Under the pieces are notes generated by a model. It had not been told where the DNA came from. It saw only the letters and a list, made by a program, of their open reading frames with translations, and ran no database searches. 64,000 nt of DNA from Candidatus Omnitrophota bacterium (GTDB lineage: Bacteria > Omnitrophota > Gorgyraeia > Gygaellales > Profunditerraquicolaceae). The stretch spans positions 6,423 to 70,422 of the forward strand of contig JAZDED010000034.1 of NCBI GenBank assembly GCA_043809145.1. The letters run 5' to 3'. A program made the position numbers and the translations under genes. Positions 38,316-46,242 of this stretch are shown here, piece by piece (positions within the stretch are counted from its first letter, which is position 1; every line of letters begins with the position of its first letter).

Positions 38316-39155
38316 ATGAAACTGCGAATATCCAAGCATCCATGTTTTGACGAAAAGGCCCATTTGAAATTTGCCCGCATCCATCTACCGGTTGCCAAAT
38401 TTTGCAATATCGGCTGCAAATATTGCATCCGGCTGTTAAATAAAACCGAAAACCGCCCCGGCATAGCTTCCCGGATACTTTCACCAAGACAGGCCTTGAA
38501 TAAAGTAAGAAGGATTATTAAATCTTATCCTTTGACTGTAGTCGGGATCGCCGGGCCCGGGGATCCCTTGGCCAATGATGAGACCTTTCAGGTGCTTGAA
38601 TTGATCAAAAAAGAATTTCCTAAGCTTATGAAATGTTTGAGCACTAATGGGTTACTGCTTTTGGATTATACGGATTTATTAAAGAAGTTAAATCTGGCAA
38701 CTCTTACGGTTACGGTTAATGCTGTTTTGCCGAAAACCGCCACCAGGATTTATGATTTTGTCGTCTGGGGCGGTAAAAAGTATTGCGGTATCCAGGGAGC
38801 AGAGATTTTATTAGCCAGGCAGCAGGCAGGAATTAAAGAAGCAGTAAAGCAGGGCATTGCTGTTAAAATAAATACAGTGCTTATCCCTGAGGTCAATAAA
38901 AAAGAAATACCCGCGATAGCTAAAATTTATGGTTCTTTAGGCGCCAAGATGATGAATATTATTCCTCTTATCCCGATTTATAGGATGGCTTCCTGCAAGG
39001 CGCCGGATTGTAATGAATTAAAGGATATAAGAAGCAAGGCTGAGAAATATATTTCGCAATTTAGGCTCTGCAAACAGTGCCGGGCCGATGCCGTAGGGAT
39101 ACCGGGGCTGCAGAGAAAAGATTTCTCCAGCCCTTCCGAATACTTCCACTTTTGA
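38316..39155 (+). CDS. NifB-like radical-SAM protein (minimal NifB core, no NifX-like extension).
   Basis: HPCFDEKAHLKFARIHLPVAKFCNIGCKYCIR...GIAGPGDPLAND...KCLSTNG...CKQCRADAVGIPG. This aligns motif for motif with the NifB radical-SAM domain (HPC, H, Cx3Cx2C, GIAGPGDPLAN, CLSTNG, CxxCRADAxG) as I recall it. Confidence 0.7.
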   Translation: MKLRISKHPCFDEKAHLKFARIHLPVAKFCNIGCKYCIRLLNKTENRPGIASRILSPRQALNKVRRIIKSYPLTVVGIAGPGDPLANDETFQVLELIKKEFPKLMKCLSTNGLLLLDYTDLLKKLNLATLTVTVNAVLPKTATRIYDFVVWGGKKYCGIQGAEILLARQQAGIKEAVKQGIAVKINTVLIPEVNKKEIPAIAKIYGSLGAKMMNIIPLIPIYRMASCKAPDCNELKDIRSKAEKYISQFRLCKQCRADAVGIPGLQRKDFSSPSEYFHF

Positions 39156-39248
39156 GAAAGTGAAACTAGGGCAAAGCGGAGATTTTATTAGAGATATCTA
39201 AATATATATGAAGATAGCGGTAGCTTCTAGGAATTAAGGGGACGGTTC

Positions 39249-39758
39249 TTAAACCCTGCGGAAACCTATCGGCTTTTTGACAGGTAGCGGCGCAGGTTCC
39301 AGAAGTTGTTTTATGGCCTGGAAAACAATGGCAAACTGCCGGTCGTATTTTTTCTCCATCGCCTCAATTTTTCGCCTGAGGCCTGTATTGGTTAGCAACA
39401 TCCGGCGCAACTGAGTAAACGCGCGCATTATTTGAATATTGACCGCAATTGCCCGATTGCTATTTAAAACCCCAGAAAGCATAGCCACACCTTGTTCAGT
39501 AAATGCTAATGGCAAGTGAGGTGAAAATTTCAGGAATTTAAGGTGGTCGCAATTTGCGACCACCTCTTCTTTCTCTTTGGCAGTCAATTGAAACATAAAG
39601 TCTTCTGGAAATCTCTTTTTATTTCTCTTTACCTGCTCATTTAATCTTTTTGTCTGTACCCCATACAACAAAGCCAAATCACTATCTAGCATAACCTTCT
39701 TACCCCTGATAATAAAGATCTTTGTGGCGATTACTTCTATAGGAACTAATTCAGACAT
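39249..39758 (-). CDS. ORF6N-domain protein (phage/antirepressor-associated DNA-binding domain).
   Basis: IRGKKVMLDSDLALLYGVQTKRLNEQVKRNKKRFPEDFMFQLT matches the ORF6N consensus. Confidence 0.65.
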   Translation of the reverse strand: MSELVPIEVIATKIFIIRGKKVMLDSDLALLYGVQTKRLNEQVKRNKKRFPEDFMFQLTAKEKEEVVANCDHLKFLKFSPHLPLAFTEQGVAMLSGVLNSNRAIAVNIQIMRAFTQLRRMLLTNTGLRRKIEAMEKKYDRQFAIVFQAIKQLLEPAPLPVKKPIGFRRV

Positions 39759-39826
39759 ATTATTCTCCTTTCTGTACCTATTATATTAGACGCAAAAAGG
39801 AGTAAAATCTAACATAGCTTTTCCAA

Positions 39827-39866
39827 ATAAAAAAGAACGGTTCTGCCTTTACTTTCAGAACCGTCC
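39827..39866 (-). terminator. Hairpin plus T-run on the minus strand (greA terminator or motif-family hairpin).
   Basis: ACGGTTCTG...CAGAACCGT 9-bp stem preceded on the plus strand by AAAAAAG. The stem is built from the AGAACCGTCCC-type motif. Confidence 0.4.
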
Positions 39867-40001
39867 CTATATTTACTATCCTCTGGACAGGGCTCGGCAA
39901 AAACAATAAATAGAAACGTCCCCTAGCTTGCTTGACAGGACCCGCTAAATACTAAGCCTTTGGGACAGACCCCAAATACAGGGGTCAGTCCCGCAGGCTA
40001 G

Positions 40002-40475
40002 CTATTCTCTGGAGATTTTAAGGATTTTATACTTGAGGATACCGGCGGGAATCTTTATTTCTACCACTTCATTCTCTTTATGATTCAGGAGGCCTGCGCC
40101 TACCGGAGAAGAAACCGAGATCTTATTCTCTTCGTAATTTGCCTCGGCTTCAGAAACTAGGGTATATTCTAAAGCCTCATCCGTAACCATATCCTGCAGT
40201 TTTACGGTTGCTCCGATCAATACCTCATCAGAACGGATATCTTCGTAGTCAAGAATTCTGGCGCCGCTTAATTTATGCTGCAGCTCAGAGATCTTCTGCT
40301 CATTATCTGCCTGGGCCTCTCTGGCTGCGTCATACTCGGCATTTTCCGAGATATCTCCGTGCGCCCTGGCCTCGGCCACAGCTTTGGATAGCGCTTTACG
40401 CTTGGCGCCTTTAAGATGCTCAAGTTCCTCAACCAGCTTCTGATAACCTTTACGGGTAAAGAATTTATCCTGCAT
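40002..40475 (-). CDS. greA: Transcription elongation factor GreA.
   Basis: 157 aa; N-terminal coiled coil plus C-terminal FKBP-like domain (SxxSPxGxALLG). Confidence 0.85.
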   Translation of the reverse strand: MQDKFFTRKGYQKLVEELEHLKGAKRKALSKAVAEARAHGDISENAEYDAAREAQADNEQKISELQHKLSGARILDYEDIRSDEVLIGATVKLQDMVTDEALEYTLVSEAEANYEENKISVSSPVGAGLLNHKENEVVEIKIPAGILKYKILKISRE

Positions 40476-40480
40476 AGAGC

Positions 40481-41149
40481 TTATTTAGATTTTATAGCTA
40501 GGGTTTTAATAAAATCCGCAGCATCTTCAATCTTATCAGTTACTCCTTCTAAGTATTCTGCCAATTGATATGATAATAAAAGGCTGGTCGGCTCTAACTT
40601 AGCATGAATAATCGTCCCTATAAGGACCCTCTTCTGGTCATCAGCATCGTGCTCGAATTTTCCCACCTCTTCGCAATCAAACAGAGCTTTCTTCAAATCA
40701 TTCTTGCTGATAGCCTGGATCCCATCTTTTAATTTGGTGACCGAGTTGACGATAATATCAGTGGCTAACGATATATTCTTAAGCACATCATCAGGAAGTT
40801 TCTGCTCAATAAACCCTAAGAGCCTGGCTGCGCCATTGGTCCAATCGGCAATTTTGTCCAGAGTCTTGACAAAATGCATTAAATCCTCTCTATCCGGAGG
40901 CAATAATAACCCTTCAGAAAGCTCACCCACCATTTTAGAGCGCAAGGTATCTGCTACCTGCTCGCTTATCCTTACATTATCAATAGCCTTATTCTTGGCT
41001 TCTGTATCGCCTTTGATATAGGCATTGACTGCTTCAGAAAAGAAATTCACGGTTTTATAAGTCTCATCTACATGGCGCTGGGCATCCTTTAATATGGCAA
41101 GCTCTCCGGCCATGCCTAACCAACCCAAAATATTACGCATCTCTTTCAT
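40481..41149 (-). CDS. PhoU-like DUF47 protein (phosphate-transport regulator-related).
   Basis: 222 aa all-helical protein of the TIGR00153/DUF47 type, next to a PiT transporter. Confidence 0.6.
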   Translation of the reverse strand: MKEMRNILGWLGMAGELAILKDAQRHVDETYKTVNFFSEAVNAYIKGDTEAKNKAIDNVRISEQVADTLRSKMVGELSEGLLLPPDREDLMHFVKTLDKIADWTNGAARLLGFIEQKLPDDVLKNISLATDIIVNSVTKLKDGIQAISKNDLKKALFDCEEVGKFEHDADDQKRVLIGTIIHAKLEPTSLLLSYQLAEYLEGVTDKIEDAADFIKTLAIKSK

Positions 41150-41166
41150 CTAATCCTCCTTTTAGT

Positions 41167-41250
41167 CACGGATATACACAGATTACTTGAACACGGATTT
41201 GCACAGATTCAATCCGTGTATATCTTGTGTTTTATCCGTATCTATCCGTG
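41167..41250. promoter_or_regulatory. Operator-like array: 4 direct CAC(G/A)GAT half-sites mirrored by 4 ATC(C/T)GT(G/A) half-sites with 10-bp phasing.
   Basis: Read directly; centred at about 41210 between the PiT stop and the DUF47 start. Confidence 0.5.
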
Positions 41251-41271
41251 TACAATTATAATAATGCAATT

Positions 41272-42252
41272 TTATATATTGATAAATATCTTCAAGCCTT
41301 TTAAAACCAGGAAACTGACCAATCCGGAAGTAAAAGGCGTGGCTATCCAGCAAATAACAATATCTTTCATAATTTTTAAATTCAGGACCTTGATCCCGCG
41401 CACCAGGCCTACGCCAACTATAGCCCCTACAATAGAATGACTGGTGGAAACCGGAATCCCTAGAAAAGTATATATATGCACATTAATGGCGCTGGCTAAT
41501 TGCGCCGCAAATGCCATTAAGGGCAGTAAATGCGTTATTTCAGAACCGACAGTCTCAATAACTTTATAACCCCAGGTCATAATACCTATCAGAATAGCCG
41601 CTCCTCCTAAAATTACACTCACCTTAGAGGTCAAAATCCCCGCTCCCACAATTACACCTGTTGCATTAGCCACGTCATTAGCTCCCCAGGTATAAGCAAG
41701 ATAACAACCGCTGGATATAATCAAAAAAGACAAGACCATTGTAGAGTGCTTTTGGGGGACAATCCGGTAGAAAATACCCTGTAAGATCTTAAAAAATATA
41801 AACCCCATAAGAGCTGAACCTATAGGAGTAAGCAGCCAGGAGAGACATATATTCTGCAGCACCTTCCAGTTAATGGGCGCGCCTATAGCCAGGCCTGCTC
41901 CAGCCACTGCTCCCACAATAGAATGACTGGTAGAAATAGGCATCTTCCAATAGGTAGCTATGATCACCCAGGCGCAGCCGGCAAAACAAGCAACCAGGGC
42001 TATATATAAAGATACTGTTTTGTCCAATTCGTTTAAGGGCACAATGCCCTTGCCGATAGTCTTAGCTACATGCCCGCCCTGTAAAAACGCCCCTAAAAAA
42101 CCAAAAACACAGATAAGAAGAATCGCCTGCTTTAAAGTCAAGACCCGTGAACCAACAGCAGTGCCTAAGGTATTAGCCGCATCATTAGCTCCGATGGACC
42201 ACCCGACAGCTAAACCCATGAATATGGTTATAGCGATTAAGAACAAACTCAT
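41272..42252 (-). CDS. Inorganic phosphate transporter, PiT family.
   Basis: Duplicated GANDAANTLGTAVGS / GANDVANATGVIVG signature; 326 aa. Confidence 0.85.
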   Translation of the reverse strand: MSLFLIAITIFMGLAVGWSIGANDAANTLGTAVGSRVLTLKQAILLICVFGFLGAFLQGGHVAKTIGKGIVPLNELDKTVSLYIALVACFAGCAWVIIATYWKMPISTSHSIVGAVAGAGLAIGAPINWKVLQNICLSWLLTPIGSALMGFIFFKILQGIFYRIVPQKHSTMVLSFLIISSGCYLAYTWGANDVANATGVIVGAGILTSKVSVILGGAAILIGIMTWGYKVIETVGSEITHLLPLMAFAAQLASAINVHIYTFLGIPVSTSHSIVGAIVGVGLVRGIKVLNLKIMKDIVICWIATPFTSGLVSFLVLKGLKIFINI

Positions 42253-42924
42253 CTATTTACCTTTACAGATATTCACACAAACTCCGCAGATATACTGTTC
42301 AATCTGGCGTACTTTTTGAAATTCTTTCAATTTTTCAAAACACTTAAGATGATTAAAATCTTGAGGGGATTTTTTTATTGCTTGAGCAGGACATACTTTA
42401 ACACACAAGTAACATTCCTGGCAAGTATTTTCTTTCGGCTGATCTGCTTTTAAAGGCACATTGGTGAGGATGCAGGACAGCCTGAACTGGCTGCCTAACT
42501 CTGAATTGACCAACAGATTATTCCTGCCTATCCAGCCCAGGCCAGCTAAATGCCCTATATGTTTATGGGATAGATGCGCCGACTGCTTCTGCCAATCTAC
42601 GATCTGGGAAGCCGGAACAGGCAAGGCCTGATATCCTCTTTTCTGGATATAACCGGATATCTTGAAGCTTAGCTGGTCAAGAAAGGTGTTTACTGTGCGG
42701 TAATGATGGAAATAAAGCCGGGTAGGAGCATCTTTAATCTCCTCCAGGACAAGCCCGGATAAGCGCACACCTATACATACTGCCCTATCTATTTTTTTAA
42801 GCGCGGCTTTACTGATCAGGAAATTATCCTTTATTTTTGTTATATCGGCAACCCCAAATAGATCTGCGCCGTTGTCGAGGCAGTATTCTTTTAGTTCATT
42901 GTAATTAATAATAGGAGTTCCCAT
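42253..42924 (-). CDS. Fe-S protein, epoxyqueuosine-reductase (QueG)-like.
   Basis: LAGLGWIGRNNLL motif and C-terminal CxxC...CP ferredoxin-like cysteines. Shorter than canonical QueG. Confidence 0.45.
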   Translation of the reverse strand: MGTPIINYNELKEYCLDNGADLFGVADITKIKDNFLISKAALKKIDRAVCIGVRLSGLVLEEIKDAPTRLYFHHYRTVNTFLDQLSFKISGYIQKRGYQALPVPASQIVDWQKQSAHLSHKHIGHLAGLGWIGRNNLLVNSELGSQFRLSCILTNVPLKADQPKENTCQECYLCVKVCPAQAIKKSPQDFNHLKCFEKLKEFQKVRQIEQYICGVCVNICKGK

Positions 42925-42970
42925 TTTAACTATACCTCTACCCTTACCTATACCTTTACCTATGTAATTT

Positions 42971-44830
42971 TTATTTATTTATCTTTCTAAGGTATACCAT
43001 AAGTATCGAAATTGCTACCGGAGTAATTCCGGAGATACGCGAGGCCTGGCCCAGGCTTAGAGGTTTGAATTTAGTCAACTTTTCTTGGATTTCGCGGGAG
43101 AGGCTGTTAATACGATTGTAATCCAAATCTATAGGCAACTTGATTTTTTCTAAGTTCTTAAATCGAGCTACTTCAGCCAACTGCCTCTCTATGAAGCCTC
43201 TATATTTTACCTCAATTTCAACCTGGGAAGAAGCACTTTCTGATAAAACCAATTTCATCCGGCTTAATGTTTTTAAATCCTTCAAGCTTATCTGCGGCCT
43301 TTTAAGCATCTGCTCTAAGGTAACCGGACTTTTTAAGGATGTAGTTTCTAAATTCGCCAACTTCTTATTTATTTCCGAGGTGGGCTTAAGCAAGTTCTTT
43401 TTTAAAAAACTCTTGAGCCCTTCTATCTCTTTTATTTTGGCCAGCGTCTTTGCGTAATCTTTTTTAGAAACCAGGCCTATACTATGACCTATTTTTCTTA
43501 AGCGCAAATCCGCGTTATCTTCGCGTAGTAACAAGCGGTACTCCACGCGCGAAGTAAACATGCGATAAGGCTCATTTGTCCCTTTAGTGGTCAAATCATC
43601 AATAAGTACGCCGATATAACTGCTCGACCTGTCTAATATTATGGGTTCCCGATTCTTGGTTCTTAAAGCGGCATTAATTCCTGCGATTAACCCCTGGGCA
43701 GCTGCCTCTTCATAACCAGTAGTGCCGTTAATCTGTCCGGCAAAAAATAGATTTTTTACGAGCTTGCTCTCCAGGGTGGGATATAATTGAGTAGAATCTA
43801 CTACTGTGTGCTCAATGCCATACCCATATCTTATAACTTCAACTTTTTCCAATCCCTGAATAGAACGTAAGATTTTTAACTGCACATCCTCCGGAAGGCT
43901 GGTAGATAAACCATTGGGATAAATTTCGTCTGCTTTTAGCCCTTGGGGTTCAAGAAAAATCTGATGCCTCTGTCTATCCCTGAATTTTACAATCTTATCC
44001 TCTATCGAAGGGCAATACCTTACGCCAGTAGCCTTAATAATGCCGGCAAAAAGCGGAGAACGGTCCAGGTTATCCAGGATAATCTTGTGCGTCTTGGGAT
44101 TAGTATAAGTAATATAGCAGGAGACTTGTTTCCGGGTAATTTTGGGGGTAGAGAATGAAAATGGCTTAGGCGGATTATCGCCTTTTTGTTCAATGAGCCG
44201 GGAAAAATCTATTGTTTTCTTACTGATCCGCGGACAGGTGCCGGTTTTAAATCTCAAGAGATTGAATCCTAGATCTTTTAGGTTATTGCCCAGGCCAATA
44301 GCTGCAGGCTCATTAATCCTCCCGCCACTGTAGTGGCGCATCCCTACATGCACGAGCCCGTCTAAAAATGTTCCGGGTGAGATTACTACGCAACGAGCCA
44401 CAATCTCCCCTTTGTCTGCGGTAACTACCCCCTTAAGCTGGTTATCTCTAACAATAAGTTTTACTACCTGGGCTTCTTTCACTTTGAGGTTCTTTTGTTT
44501 CTTAATAACACCCTGGATATAGGTTTCATACTTATACATGTCTATCTGTGCCCGGGATGACTGTACTGCTTGGCCCTTAGAGGCATTTAGAATGCGAAAC
44601 TGTATACCGCAAAGATCACTAGCTATACCCATCTGCCCGCCTAAAGCATCAACCTCTTTTACCAACTGGCCCTTGCCTACTCCGCCGATTGCCGGATTAC
44701 AACTCATGCGGCCAATGGCCTTAACATCCAGGGTGATTAAAAGAGTTTTACAACCCATGCGCGCAACAGCTAAACTTGCTTCAATCCCCGCATGCCCCGC
44801 GCCTATTACTATAATGTCATAAATATTCAT
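42971..44830 (-). CDS. mnmG: tRNA uridine-5-carboxymethylaminomethyl modification enzyme MnmG (GidA).
   Basis: MNIYDIIVIGAGHAGIEASLAVARMG FAD motif; 619 aa. Confidence 0.9.
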   Translation of the reverse strand: MNIYDIIVIGAGHAGIEASLAVARMGCKTLLITLDVKAIGRMSCNPAIGGVGKGQLVKEVDALGGQMGIASDLCGIQFRILNASKGQAVQSSRAQIDMYKYETYIQGVIKKQKNLKVKEAQVVKLIVRDNQLKGVVTADKGEIVARCVVISPGTFLDGLVHVGMRHYSGGRINEPAAIGLGNNLKDLGFNLLRFKTGTCPRISKKTIDFSRLIEQKGDNPPKPFSFSTPKITRKQVSCYITYTNPKTHKIILDNLDRSPLFAGIIKATGVRYCPSIEDKIVKFRDRQRHQIFLEPQGLKADEIYPNGLSTSLPEDVQLKILRSIQGLEKVEVIRYGYGIEHTVVDSTQLYPTLESKLVKNLFFAGQINGTTGYEEAAAQGLIAGINAALRTKNREPIILDRSSSYIGVLIDDLTTKGTNEPYRMFTSRVEYRLLLREDNADLRLRKIGHSIGLVSKKDYAKTLAKIKEIEGLKSFLKKNLLKPTSEINKKLANLETTSLKSPVTLEQMLKRPQISLKDLKTLSRMKLVLSESASSQVEIEVKYRGFIERQLAEVARFKNLEKIKLPIDLDYNRINSLSREIQEKLTKFKPLSLGQASRISGITPVAISILMVYLRKINK

Positions 44831-44833
44831 GGC

Positions 44834-46123
44834 TTACAATTTAGAGTACTTTACTAAGAGAGGTAAGACTTGTTGTCCAGAGAGTTCTCCCAGAGAGCCA
44901 CGCTTGGCTGCCTTTTCAGAAAAACACATAGAACTATCAGGTTTAATATTACCACCGGCAACCAGTATTGGCACTGGATTAGCAGTATGCGCCTTTAAGG
45001 CGCAAGGAGTACAATGGTCAGCAGCAACGCATAAAATAAAATCATCCGGGTTAAATTTAGAGAGGAAACTGCCAAAGAAGAATTTATCAATAGTCTGAAT
45101 AATCTCTTTTTTCTTTTTAAAGTCTCCATCGTGAGAAGGCTCGTCCGGCCCCTTGATATGAATATAAAGCCCCCCATATTTATCCAAAGCATCCAGGGCT
45201 ACTTTAGCCCAAACCGGATAATCCACATCCAAATGACCCGTAGAAGAAGGAACTTCCACTATCTGCATGCCGGTCAATAACGCTATACCTCTTTCCACAG
45301 GCATCTCTACAAAACAACCAAAATTAATATTATACAATGAATCTAGCTTAGGAAAATCCGGCAGAGAGTTTCCGGCATCACGTAATAACAGTCCATTTGC
45401 TGCCAATTTTCCTTCAGAAATCCTTTTTTTATTTACCGCTGAATTATTCAGGACCAAAGACGCCTTATGGGTAAACTCATTTACAAGGCTGGCTGCTTCT
45501 TTAGCCTCAAGCGATTCTTCATGTCCGGATAAAACTTGCGCCTCTTTTAATACAGATTCGGGGTTCTCAACCGCTACGCTAAACATCCCTTTTCGTTCAT
45601 AAGCAGAATCGATATTAGTAACATGTCCGGATAACCTGGAATGCATCCCTCTCATAACTAATACTGCCCGGTGGCCGACAGTATGTTTAAAAATAAAGGT
45701 GGCGTTAGAAAGCGTGATTTTAGAATTTATCTCATTAGCCAAAGCCTTGGCTTCTTCATCATTCAAATTCCTTCCCACCCGGCGGTCCTTTATGGTTTGA
45801 CCATCATCTTCCAGTGTGGCAAAATTCGCCCTTAAAGCAAGGTTACCGCTGGAGAAATCCAGGCCTTCGGCAAAAACCTCTAAAGGCCCGCGGCCGGTAT
45901 AATATTTTTCAACATCATAACCTAAGAGACTGATAACAGCTACATCCGACTCCGGTACATGAGCCAGATCCCTGCTTACAGGATAGACAATACCGGTAAT
46001 TCCTCTTTGAGCAAAACGGTCCAGATTAGGAGTAAGAGCAGCTTCTAACGGAGTCTTACCTTTGAGTTCTTTAATCGGCAGGTCAGCCAACCCATCAAGA
46101 ATAATATAAATTATTTTTTTCAT
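44834..46123 (-). CDS. apgM: Cofactor-independent phosphoglycerate mutase, archaeal type (ApgM).
   Basis: N-terminal ILDGLADLP... metalloenzyme-superfamily motif; about 429 aa. Confidence 0.75.
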   Translation of the reverse strand: MKKIIYIILDGLADLPIKELKGKTPLEAALTPNLDRFAQRGITGIVYPVSRDLAHVPESDVAVISLLGYDVEKYYTGRGPLEVFAEGLDFSSGNLALRANFATLEDDGQTIKDRRVGRNLNDEEAKALANEINSKITLSNATFIFKHTVGHRAVLVMRGMHSRLSGHVTNIDSAYERKGMFSVAVENPESVLKEAQVLSGHEESLEAKEAASLVNEFTHKASLVLNNSAVNKKRISEGKLAANGLLLRDAGNSLPDFPKLDSLYNINFGCFVEMPVERGIALLTGMQIVEVPSSTGHLDVDYPVWAKVALDALDKYGGLYIHIKGPDEPSHDGDFKKKKEIIQTIDKFFFGSFLSKFNPDDFILCVAADHCTPCALKAHTANPVPILVAGGNIKPDSSMCFSEKAAKRGSLGELSGQQVLPLLVKYSKL

Positions 46124-46242
46124 AAAAACAGGTTAATCTTTGGTCATGATTAAAAGCCAAAAGCGAAAAACTAAAGTTTAAAACTTTTTTTGCTTAAACT
46201 CTTCGCTTTTCGCTCTCAAATTTAAACCAATATTTTAAATAC

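Noticed and set aside
39919-40001. TTGACA box and near-palindrome GGGACAGACCCC...GGGGTCAGTCCC downstream of greA as a small ncRNA or promoter.
   Set aside because: There is no -10 element at proper spacing and no T-tract after the palindrome. The TTGACA is part of the third motif copy, so it is better explained as part of that repeat family.
46124-46242. Possible cobalamin riboswitch near nrdJ.
   Set aside because: The region is downstream of nrdJ rather than in its 5'-UTR. It shows nested A/T-rich hairpins but none of the B12-box motifs. Class II RNR genes are not usually B12-riboswitch regulated.
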